Under the pieces are notes generated by a model. That model did not search any database. It was not told where the DNA came from and saw only the letters and a list, made by a program, of their open reading frames with translations. This document shows positions 14,001-24,300 of a stretch of 42,996 nt of DNA, one piece after another. The stretch is taken from NCBI GenBank assembly GCA_964255105.1, contig CAXUWE010000003.1, positions 1 through 42,996 on the forward strand, written 5' to 3'. Each line of letters starts with the position of its first letter. Within the stretch, counting starts at the first letter, position 1. This DNA is from Porpidia crustulata. Lineage: Eukaryota. The translations under genes were made by a program, and so were the position numbers.

Positions 14001-15054
14001 TGTCCTGTCCTACGGCTTTGACAGAGGCCATCGGACATTTAACGACCAGTGTATCTGACAGTCGTCTCTGCACTTCGAGCTTCGACTCGTCAACGACTTT
14101 CTGAAGCCGGTATAACCCGGTTAGCTTTATGGGATAGTTCAGCTTCAACGCGGTTGCACCACTGTTCTTAGCTGACTCTTTCTCTGCTTGCTTTTTGAAC
14201 CTGCTGATTTCTCTGCTTGTAATGGTAATTGTCTCGTTCACGTTAGTATCCAGATCGACTCGGAGTAGCTCAATTAGGATTGGATTTGTCTGATTGATGC
14301 GGATGGGGAGAGTGACCGATGATTTTGAGCCTCCAATACAGTATGGAGTCTGGTCGGGATTGAGCACAGCAGATCTGCATCACAATGATCAGCCGCTATA
14401 TTCTGTTCCTTATTTAGGGGCATACCCTTCAGGTAAAATGTGCACAATCTGCTTGCCAAGGATTAGTGAAGCGTTGTGTATGATGGACGCCGGTTTGACG
14501 CTTCTTTCAGATATCGCCAACTCGCGGTCGTAGAAAAGTTTTATGCAAGCTACCATCCAGGCCTGAATCGGAATCTGCTTCAACAGTCAGCCAACAGTCA
14601 TGCGCTCCTCGGTACAAAGGCTGACCGGTATGCGGAACATCAGAAACGCGTTTAGAATGGCGTGAAGGACGAAAAGTACAGTCATGGTCGAGGATGACCA
14701 TTGGAGCCATGGAATCCTCAGGCCTGGCAGGCCGTACAGAAAGACACTGTCCATGGCGACCCATTTCATGAATAGCCAAAGCGAGTCTGAGCCGCCGGAT
14801 ACCAATCTGAAGTGATCGTAGAATCGCCAAGCGTTGAAGGCAACATAAAAGCTCAATATGTAGAGTCTTTGGGTAGGAGCATCCAAAACGTTGTAAGGCA
14901 TCATTGGCGGGTTGGGTTCCTCGCTGGACTTTGCCGAGCTTGACCGGGGCGACGAGGAATCGTGCGCGTTAGCCATCGCCGCATACTGGTAGCTCCTCTT
15001 CGTATCACTCTGTGGTGTCAAGGGAAAAGCTGAATGGAGACGGGGAGTGTTCAT
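11081..15054 (-). CDS. POM152: Nuclear pore membrane protein Pom152
   Basis: N-terminal DAPTQRLY and hydrophobic segments (FLYGLPGLRIPWL), then a long run of Ig-like repeats with GxPPF motifs and conserved Cys; last exon ends KLLTYH-TGA at 11081. Confidence 0.93.
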
Positions 15055-15252
15055 GGCATCCTTCTAGATTTCAATCTCTAAACACTTTGATGGAATAAAG
15101 AAATGAAAGGATATTATTGGCTATGGTGTGCAGTGAACTCTAGCATGTTAGCAACCCAACTGGGAGATCCGCCGCCCTAACATACATGCAACATACAAGT
15201 TCAGAAACGAGGTCCAGGTCTTGTTATATGTACCGCCAGGTCAGTAACACTG

Positions 15253-15309
15253 TGACGTGAAAGGGGAACGCGGCGCGTCTGAATATTTAGCCGCCTTCGC
15301 CGCACGCGT
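15253..15309. promoter_or_regulatory. CRE-like (TGACGT) and MCB-like (ACGCG/ACGCGT) motifs in the divergent POM152/UCH promoter
   Basis: TGACGTGA at 15253, ACGCGGCGCGT at 15268-15278, ACGCGT at 15304. Motif match only. Confidence 0.35.
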
Positions 15310-15343
15310 CTCGTATTTGTGTGAGCGTTCTACATAGCGCCAT

Positions 15344-15422
15344 CAGGGGGTGTCAAAAGTCAATGGAATATTTCGCTAGGGGTGTCTCGCTTAAGGACTC
15401 CAGTGACTTTTGGCACCCCCTG
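15344..15422. mobile_element. 79-bp MITE-like element with 24-bp imperfect terminal inverted repeats
   Basis: Left CAGGGGGTGTCAAAAGTCAATGGA vs reverse complement of right CAGGGGGTGCCAAAAGTCACTGGA (22/24). CAG-G-rich terminus resembles Tc1/mariner TIRs; no clean TA duplication. Confidence 0.65.
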
Positions 15423-15614
15423 GTACTGCTAATTCCATATCGAATTGTTAGTGAATAGTGAATTCGGCGTATGAATCGAGAGGTAGTTCACTAGATGTTA
15501 CGGAGGATGTATTGGTCCTGAATATTGCAACAATGGAAGCTTTCCAGGAATCCTCTACTCAACATACTCGTCATCCTCTGCCTTTGAAGCCCCCACCTCA
15601 GGCGCATAGCGATT

Positions 15615-17372
15615 ATGGCAGAGGCTGCAAAGAGGAGACGTGCAGATAAATCAATATGCTCTGCGCCGGCCTCGGTGCCTACGGACAGTACAGATGACCC
15701 TAGAATAGGTCGAAATCAGCCAGGTAAGGCAAACCCTCATGACGCACTTTCAGCGCGCACACAAAATGCACCAGGCCCGGTTTCCCAGGAATACCTGGAG
15801 GGCAGACTGAGCCCCTCTACGTCAAGCCTTGCCATTTTAGACAAAAAAATATTTCCAAGCGATCCTTCTATTCCAGCTACGGCCAAAGACAAGCGGAGCT
15901 GGAAAGGCTTTTGTGAGGTTGAGTCGGAGCCGGTCAGCTCAGGCCCTGCATTACGCCCAGTGATCTCAAGACATATAATCTGACCTGCTTCCAGGCATTC
16001 TTCAATGCTATGCTCAAGGATTTTGGCGTGAAGGGTGTGAAAGTGCAAGAAGTGGTTTCTTTGGATGATGAAATCCTTGCTTTACTCCCGTAAGCCTTAG
16101 CTTACATCAGTCTTTGTCATAAGATTCGCAATTCTCTAAGCGCTGAAAACAGAACGCCTGTGTACGGTCTAATCTTCTTGTACAAGTGGCGCGAAGAAGG
16201 CGACGACGAACAAGTTGAAACTTGTCCCAACAATGTATGGTTCGCTAATCAGGTCAGTACAATTGACGCAGCCGTGTCTTTCGTCTCACTAATTCCTGCA
16301 GACCATCAAGGATGCCTGTGCAAGTATTGCTCTTCTGAACATTGTCAATAATGTCTCCGATATTGAGCTCGGGCCTTATCTCCATTCATTCAAGGAATTT
16401 ACTACGGATTTCGACCCAACTATGCGCGGCGAAGCAATAGCCAGCTTCGATTTTGTCAAAACCATTCACAATTCATTTGCGAGGTCAGTATGGTTTCACA
16501 ATAGGTCTTTGGATGGTAGATTCAGTCCTTTCTGTATTCTCTGCAAGTTCCGACGAAAGGTAGTGGGTCACTTACCATCTACTAGGAAGATGGATATGTT
16601 GAACGCCGACCTTCAATTGAAAGACGACGCTACCTCGTCAAAGAAACGACGCAAGAATGCAGAGCCGTCTGAACAAGGCGAGGCGGGCTTCCATTTTATT
16701 GCGTATGTGCCGGTTAGAGACCAGCTCTGGAAGCTCGATGGATTACAGCGGCAGCCGCAGAATTTAGGTGAGGAGGTCATCGTTGTTCTCGACGCGAATT
16801 TGGACTGATTCGGCTTTTTAGGCGGTGTTGAGAACCGAAGCTGGATGGGTAAAGCTAAGCCAGAGATCGAAGCCCGTATGGCGCAGTACGAGGAAGGGCA
16901 GATCGAGTTTGCGATTCTTAGTCTCGTCAAAGACCCTTTGACCGGCCGTGTTGACGCACTTGCAGGGAACGTCAAAACCATCGTAGCACTGGAGACACGG
17001 CTGGATGAAGTTCAGCCCAATTGGAGGAATTTCATGACTACCACGACAGCAGGCGGCGACATCCCAATTGACAAGGTACTGACCAAATCTGATCCTACGT
17101 ACGGCCTCTATCAAGCAATGATAGACCAAGCGGCGTATCTTCCGTCGGTGGCGGCACCGTTCAAGAACGATGATGCCCAAGAACTCATAGCTTGTCGAGC
17201 AGAAATTGCCATTGAACAGGTCACCATACGCATGGCTATCAAGGAAGAGCAACAGTCGAGGCAAGCAGATATAGAACGAGCTGAAAGCAGGCGTCATGAC
17301 CATGCTCCTTTGGTGAAGAAGCTGTTGGAATTTTTAAATGAGAAAGGTGCCCTCGAGCCTCTCTTAGCATGA
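15615..17372 (+). CDS. Ubiquitin carboxyl-terminal hydrolase, peptidase C12 (UCH37/UCH-L5-like), multi-exon
   Basis: WKGFCEVESEP|AFFNAML, YGLIFLYKW, FANQ|TIKDACASIALLN (catalytic Cys), FHFIAYVP (His), LDGL (Asp), C-terminal RRHDH coiled tail. Confidence 0.9.
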
Positions 17373-17898
17373 TCAAATGCCAATTCTATTGGACTTCTTG
17401 ATAATTACAACTCTCGTCGTCAGATTTCCCTGCAGTCCTCCCATGCGGAGAAAGCAATGCCACTTTGATGATTTGTCCAAGCAAACCCAACAGTTCTTAA
17501 GAGTAACCTCTAAGATATGTGAGATCCAACACCTTACCTTTCTTGTGCATCATACTTGACAATGCGGAACACCTACTATTCAATCACGCGAATAGCAAAA
17601 AATTCCATACCGAAAATGTCGATTTCTCTTTCGTACGATTAGACTAAGTTACTACCACTTTTGAAAGACAAACATTGAATGTTCTGAAAATATCGTTATT
17701 GCAACAAGAAACGCTGGTAGGCTCATAAAATTCGATGATTTTCTGATTTTTAGCTTTCGCAGATGTAACATGGTCTTGATTAGAGCTCGATATCATGTTA
17801 TTGAGTTGCTTTATTTGAAAATGCAGTAATACATAGATAACATTATCTAATGAGGTGAGCGAAAAATCGATACGGGTTTATACTCAAACCCCACGGAT

Positions 17899-17910
17899 TT
17901 AGGGTTAGGG
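17899..17910 (+). repeat. Interstitial telomere-type repeat (TTAGGG)2
   Basis: TTAGGGTTAGGG read directly, about 210 bp upstream of the next ATG. Confidence 0.8.
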
Positions 17911-18121
17911 CCGAACATTTAATGAATAGAAATCTGTTTCTCGTCAAATGATCTTACATTATCTATTGCGTTGCGCACTTTGCACAGTATTAATGCTGCA
18001 GTGGATTATGATACGAGCCTCACCTCGTTATTTCTGAAGCTTCCAGATCAGACTCTTACACCCTCCATCACAATCATGCGCCCAAATTCACGGCAACCTG
18101 ACTTCCTTGAAACCTTTGACA

Positions 18122-19179
18122 ATGGAGAGATGCGCCGACCCATCAACGAAGTCTGAGGTTGATGACGCTATCCTTGATTATCTCCTCTTCACTGCAACTA
18201 AAGTTACGCTGGATGAGACCAAGTTAAGGGAGGCAGGACAGGATGGAGCCAGAAACCAAGCCCGGGCGGACCTCCCACTTCAAATGGTAGACTGTAAGCC
18301 CCCGAAGACCCAAACGCGCTGCCAACCAACCCTGAAAAAGTTCTAGCATTTCTTCTGATGCACCGCTCAATGCATCCGGACAGGCTCTTTTCCGAAGAGA
18401 TGAGCTTTCGCCGGCGACTTCTAAAATTCAGCCGCCTGTTCACGACACGTTCTATGCAACCGAACGCAAGCACTTCAGGCTCGGCGTCCCGTTCTACTAA
18501 ACCCAAAGATCATGCGGATGGAAAGGACTTTAAAAATGGTCAAACTATCGACGGATACCTTGTTTCATCCTTGCCAATTGGGGTGTCAGCACCTATAGTC
18601 GCAGACAAGCTTTCAACGGCCGATTCTACGGAATCAGCGCCTTCGCTCTCTCTCCTCGCCACCCTCCCCTCCTTCATGGCAATCTCCGCAACCCACATCT
18701 CTCTCCAAGATATACGAATCACCCCCGCCTGGATGCGTCTCGCGGCCGGATACATGGCGCACGCAGCCATTGAGAAATTCCTGCTTTACGGCACCCGATG
18801 GCCTGAGATTCTACAAGAAGCGTTCGCCTACGGCTTTGATCCCGAGTCAGATGCATCGGAGGGAAGTGACAAATGGAGTGTCAATGCCATGTTCTTCGAT
18901 GACAACGCTGCAGTCGCAGGATGGGAGGAAATTAGGCGGGACCACCTCGACGCCCTATCGCCGGGACCAGGGGTAGATTTGCGAGGCTATTTGGAAGGAT
19001 TGCTGGGACAGGAGCTTCCGTTGGCTACGTTCGAAAAAGACGTGATCGGGTTTTTGAAGGACTTGCTGTTTGCCCACCCTAAGCCATTCCTAGTCCAGGT
19101 GGAGGCCGGTAAAGTTGACGGGTTCTCGAGGAGAGGAACAAAGGAGGTCAAATCTAAGGCGCGGTGGGAAGGATATTAA
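18122..19179 (+). CDS. Hypothetical protein, two exons
   Basis: ATG 18122, exon 1 with ILDYLLFTA helix, GTAAGC...TAG intron (about 18294-18346) joining in frame to a 273-codon ORF (WMRLAAGYMAHAAIE, EAFAYG). No function recognised. Confidence 0.75.
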
Positions 19180-19525
19180 ATATACAGCTGTTTCGAATCC
19201 CTACAACAAATATCCAACTAAGCGTGAACATCCTTCCTACCCACCGTGGAAGTGCTTTAATTACTGGGATCAGAAATCGTATGACAGTACTCAAAACAGT
19301 AACGAACGTGTGGTTACGAACCATTCTAGATGATGATAGAACATTCTACATGTTTATTTATGTAAGTACCGAGTAGGAAATGGTATCATTTGACCAGGGC
19401 TCGTGAAAGCTGATTCAACATGATATGCACTGCCCGTGTTTCCAGATCTACTTGCACAGGGTGTCTCAGCCACGGCAGCCTCGAGCTCGTACTGCTCACA
19501 ACGTGTCCATACTGTTGAGAGCTTT

Positions 19526-21460
19526 CTAGTCATCTGGATATTCGTCCTTGATGTTGCTGACGAACTTATTCGACAATTCATCCCACCGCTTGAAGTACTG
19601 CCCTGCTAAAGCCATCAAGGAGCTAGGAAACTGCGACGTTACGATTTCAATATTCTCCTCCGCGACATATCGGACACTCTTGTCGTCAACACTGTGGTTG
19701 ATATTAGTCAGCAGATGCCCTTCACAGAGTGTATAAGATTCGCATACATACAGTGCGTGGTAGAAACTCTGATGCCTCCCCCTTGACAGTTGATGAACCC
19801 CCATATGTGACATCCAGTCTTCGTCGGCCTCGCATTTTGCATCCCATCCAGTAATCATGGCAAAGTAGTGATATCGCTTGTGCTGGAATACTTGTCCGAT
19901 CCTGTATTGAACGCTCTTCGCCGTCTCTGGCGTACGTCTTTTGATCGTTATAGGCATCGTATCCGCCGAGCGCATTGCAGCCATCATGTCACGTAACTCG
20001 GCAGCTTCGTCTGAGCTCTGGATGAAAGGCAGTACGTACTCTTCAATAAGGCCAACATCCATAGGGAAGTTATTCTCCATTTGTCCAAGAAGGTGAGTAA
20101 GGTATTGTGCCTGCGATGCATCAACAGTAACGGAAGTGCCATCAGTTAGCAACAATTGAACCCAGAGCGCTGCGTAGAACGCATTGTCCATTTCAGGAAG
20201 AAGACGATTGCTCGGGCTGCGAGGTATCATCTGGACGGAAGCCACGATATTCCTTGCAGTACGCCTCACAAGTTCGTCCTTGGGTGCTTTACATAGTAGC
20301 AGCGCATGATCTATCTCGGAAACACCCATAGCAATAAGTTGCGATTGCAGGTCAGAAACAGGAACCTCAACTCCTGTTCGGAATGGGTCCATATACATTG
20401 GCGGTGGCGCCAGCCCCTTTTCCCTCGCACTGATGAAATTCCCGTCCAAGTCCCTGTCTCCAGAGGGGGTAACAACAGCATACACATGGAAAGGAAAAGC
20501 GCATGGCTGAGCATCAAGGCCCAGTCTTTGGGCCACACAGCAGTATATCGCCACTGATATCAGTGGCAATGATGGATGATCCTCGTCCTGAAGTGCTATG
20601 CCTATGAAATTGTTTTGCAAGTCCCGGTAGCGGTCATCGCTCCTCACACCAGTCAAATTGTGCATCCTCATATGTGCGGCAATTATTGTGGCCTTTTTTC
20701 GCTCTGACATATCGTCAAAGTCGGGCACATCAGCCCGGATTCGTAGTGCTAGACCATCGAGGTCCTTGGAAATCTAGAGCAGTAATTAGCGGTGTATCCT
20801 CGACAAAGGTCGTTAAGGTTCACTTCAATAAAATCGCCTCTTTTATCATGCAGAACGAACATGTCAAACGCTGCGAGCGCCTTTTCAAGATCAAGCCCAT
20901 GCCCATTTCTGAACGCCAGCCATGCCTCAATCGCCATTCTTCGATGGAGGCATCCTAAGACCGTGTCGCTGTAATATCTAGATTCCAGCGTCAGCTTCGA
21001 GTCGCCTATCTTGACTACCCTTCTTATAGACGCACCGTCGAGCTAATACGTCTTCGGCGTCGTCGTCTACACGCAGATGTCGTACAAGGCTATCCTTTGT
21101 GTCGTAGCCATATCTAATTATACTCTCGCTCTTCTCGATCCGATTCGTTTGACTGCGAAGAATGCTATTGAGCTCAAGCGTTGTATGCCGGTCAATACTA
21201 TGGCGTTCCGAGAAGACCTTCTTCCAATCGCACTTTGTAACATTTTCGGTAAACCTTTGGTGTATTTGATGATGATTACTCCAGTACTTGAATTGGGTTT
21301 GACAATAGTACCGCCATAATAGCGGCTGCGAGAGCTCGTTAAATCTGTGAGAGACTTGCTGCAAAATCGGAGTTGAGACTGGGGACAAGAACGTAAGGAT
21401 CTGAAAAATAATCTCGTTGGGTAAGTCACTCAGTAACGTCTTAGAATTTCCTCGTTCCAT
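19526..21460 (-). CDS. F-box protein with transglutaminase-like core and YccV/hemimethylated-DNA-binding-like C-terminal domain (FBXO21-like)
   Basis: F-box LSDLPNEIIFQIL; SLPLISVAIYCCVAQRLG..FPFHV..YMDPF; YRIGQVFQHKRYHY..ITGWD..SVRYVAEENI..AGQYFKRWD. Confidence 0.9.
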
Positions 21461-21617
21461 GATGGCTGACAACACGAGCTGAGTCTGCAGGTACGGATAG
21501 CAGGATGAGGTTCTATAAACCACGACTGTTGGATCTACCTACTTTACAAAGTGCAAGGTAGTTCTATATGTCATCATACATCAGAAGTACCTTACGGGTA
21601 CCCAGTGTCATGGGGTA

Positions 21618-21762
21618 CTCGTTCCCACCCCCAAACGGTCCGCACCCCCAAACGGTCGGCGCTAAGCAAATCAGGCAATATAACCCTAACCCTATTATAC
21701 AGCCCTAACCCTAGGTGGGGCGGACCGTTTGGGGGTGCGGACCGTTTGGGGGTGGGAACGAG
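21618..21762. mobile_element. 145-bp MITE with 40-bp perfect TIRs, TA flanks and internal telomeric repeats
   Basis: TA at 21616-17 and 21763-64; 21618-21657 is the exact reverse complement of 21723-21762; interior has TAACCCTAACCCTA and CCCTAACCCTA. Confidence 0.85.
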
Positions 21763-22200
21763 TATGCCAAGATGCCAGTATCCACTCGGCAATCTAGATT
21801 CCTCAAGCTCAAGAACCACAGCTTTCTACTTGCAGATGTTACAGTTGGTCTTAACTCACACTTACAGACCCATGGCTGTTCTTGCGATCTGAACATGTTT
21901 CAAACCTCCTCTTGATTATATCTAACTAGATATTTGATTAATTCTAAAGGGAGAATCAAAGATCTCAACGTTGAGACTCAATTTGTTAATGCTTAATCAA
22001 GCATACCTATCATACCGAGATCAAGATCATCTCTTTTGGGGAGCATCATTATGTATGGTCCTTGCTTGAAACATCGAAACCAATTCTGATCACAGAGTTG
22101 CGCTTCAAGGGGTATTCGATCAAAGACAAAGCCACCTATTACCGCCGAAATCCCCAGCCAGCCGCCCAAAGCAGATCAGGACTTGACTAATTGTGTAGTA

Positions 22201-23753
22201 TCACATCAGACTGCATCTGCTATACTCCTTACCATACTGATCCACTCCCATACTCCGCTCGTTTTCTTTCTGTTTGATCCTAACTTCATGGGGAAAGTAG
22301 TTCTCCAGAAAGTTCATCAGGGCTGGGTCGAGGTTAGCTATCCCCAGAATTAGTATTATTTTCACAACCGCCCGAAGCAAAGGTACCAACCGCTATCAGC
22401 CTGCAAAATCACAGAATCCCTGCATAGGGGACAATGATCCTCCCTAGCCCTCTGCATCACGATCATACATCTTATACAGAAAATATGACCACACCTCAAT
22501 CTTATCGGCTTGAACGAGATGTTGTAACAGACAGGGCATAAGTAGTCATCAAGCTGTGGAATAAGCAAGATTAATTCCTCGGTGATCTTTGAACACATAG
22601 CTTTGGCCATTGTCTGGGACAAAAATGCATCTCCAGAATCGAGAGCCGCAAAAGTCTGTCGAGCACCCAGAGCGGTCCGCTTGTCGAATTCTATGGTCCT
22701 CTTAGTCTGTTAATTAGGTAGGATCTCGAGGCACTCACTCTTCATTATCTTTGTCATGGCTGTCGTGTTCAGCTCTTCGAATCTAAGGTTGCGAAGTAGG
22801 ACTGAATTCAAGTGTAGGAAACGGTTCAAGACCAGATAACTTTCTCTCTTTCGAAACCTTTGGGCAATTTTAAGATCCTGCAGTTTAGATGAGAATTCGT
22901 GCAGCTGCTTCTCGGCTGTTCTTGTGTCGCGAGTCCGTTCCTCCTGCTCGTTAGTGGAGAAGAAAATTTGAGACTCGCTATAATGGCCGAAGATCTCTCT
23001 CCATGCGTACATGTCTGTCCTTGTGGAATTGCGGGACGGCGCAGCTACCCTTACTATTTCTTGGCCAATACTTCCAATCTCCTTTATTAGCTCTGTTTTC
23101 TCGTGACACTGCAGAGCCTTGAGCCTTGATACTCCTGATCTGAGCATCTGGAAGAACTCGTGATCGTGCCTCAGAGGGACTTCTACCTGATTGTAATCGA
23201 TCCCGTCCCCGGTTTCAATTGAAGCATTACTGACATGACTTATGAGCCCTTCTCCGGCTTGGCATGAAGTGCTATCTTCACGCTTAATGCCAGCTTCTGC
23301 TTCGCTCACTGGTAGTCTGTCGTTTGCGAAGACCAACTCGGCTCTTTGGCCGGAATTCTGACTATTGACGACTAAGTTTTGTAATTTAGTTCTGGTTCCT
23401 GGTGATAAGCAAGCATCTATGGGAACTCCACTACTTGAATTCACTAAGAAGATAAGTTTGGGTTCGAAAGTGGTGATGTTGCCTGCAAAATCCCTTAGTT
23501 TCACATTGTACTAGCTAGCGAAATGAAGCATACCCTCCAGCTTATATTGGAACGGTTCCCAATTGCTATAATACTGCTTAGGAGGATTCCATAGCTGCCT
23601 TAGTGTGCTTGCATCGAGGCCTATACTCGAGAGCTCATGTTCAACCTTCTTAATGCATTTTTTCAGCTGCCGATACGCTATGGCGGACAGCACCCAGTGG
23701 TCTGGGAAACCTTCGGCTATCAAGGCAATCTCATACTCGTGAGCGAACTTCAT
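22201..23753 (-). CDS. SPX domain + C3HC4 RING E3 ubiquitin ligase (S. pombe Pqr1/Spx1-like, plant NLA-like architecture)
   Basis: SPX start MKFAHEY...IAYRQLKKCIKKV, LNTTAMTKIMK|KFDKRT, RING CPVC..CGHIFCIRC..CPLCR, terminal NYFPHEVRIKQKENE. Confidence 0.9.
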
Positions 23754-24067
23754 GCCGCACGTGAACACAACGTTGCGACCGCGTTGCTTCAATCATACGA
23801 AGCCGAGAGGGACGCTCAGCGTGTACCGCTCTCTGGGGAAAATGCTCAATTGGAATGTCTGGGATTAACCGGATTTACGGGGGGGTCGATGAACAACAGA
23901 TATTAAGAGACAACATCTGAACAAAGGCATGCCTACAAGAGAATGTACTTAGATATTAATATAGAGGGTTTTGGCATCTAGTCTGGCTTAGTGGCGTAGA
24001 TAGTTCCAATAGAGGGTTCGGGTATCACCCAAACTCAAATCAGGCGGACTTTACGGCGTTATCTCTA

Positions 24068-24160
24068 CTCGCATTCACCCCTCAACGGAGCAGCTGACAT
24101 AGGGTTAGGGTTATCTCCATGGGCTTGAGCCTAGCGGTTCCGTTGAGGGCTGAATACGAG
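24068..24160. mobile_element. 93-bp MITE with 22-bp TIRs, TA flanks and internal telomeric repeat
   Basis: TA at 24066-67 and 24161-62; left CTCGCATTCACCCCTCAACGGA vs reverse complement of right CTCGTATTCAGCCCTCAACGGA (20/22); TAGGGTTAGGGTTA at 24100-24113. Confidence 0.8.
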
Positions 24161-24300
24161 TACTCTAGTGGTGAGCCCCCTTGAGCCACAAATATAGCGT
24201 TTGGTATATAATTTTTGGGAAGGGAAGCCTACCAATATACGTGTCCCGCAATACTACTTGACAAGATCATCAATATCATGCCGACGATCCTGTATCTACC

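Noticed and set aside
16484..16585. 34-aa insertion in the UCH ORF
   Set aside because: Ordinary GT-AG intron of 102 nt that happens to be stop-free; removal restores SFAR|KMD.
21551..21915. Several short ORFs over the MITE
   Set aside because: By-products of GC-rich inverted repeats; no recognisable protein features.
23980..24030. Pol III A-box-like TGGCTTAGTGG and B-box-like GGTTCGG (tRNA/SINE?)
   Set aside because: Spacing too short, B box lacks the conserved A, and no cloverleaf can be folded.
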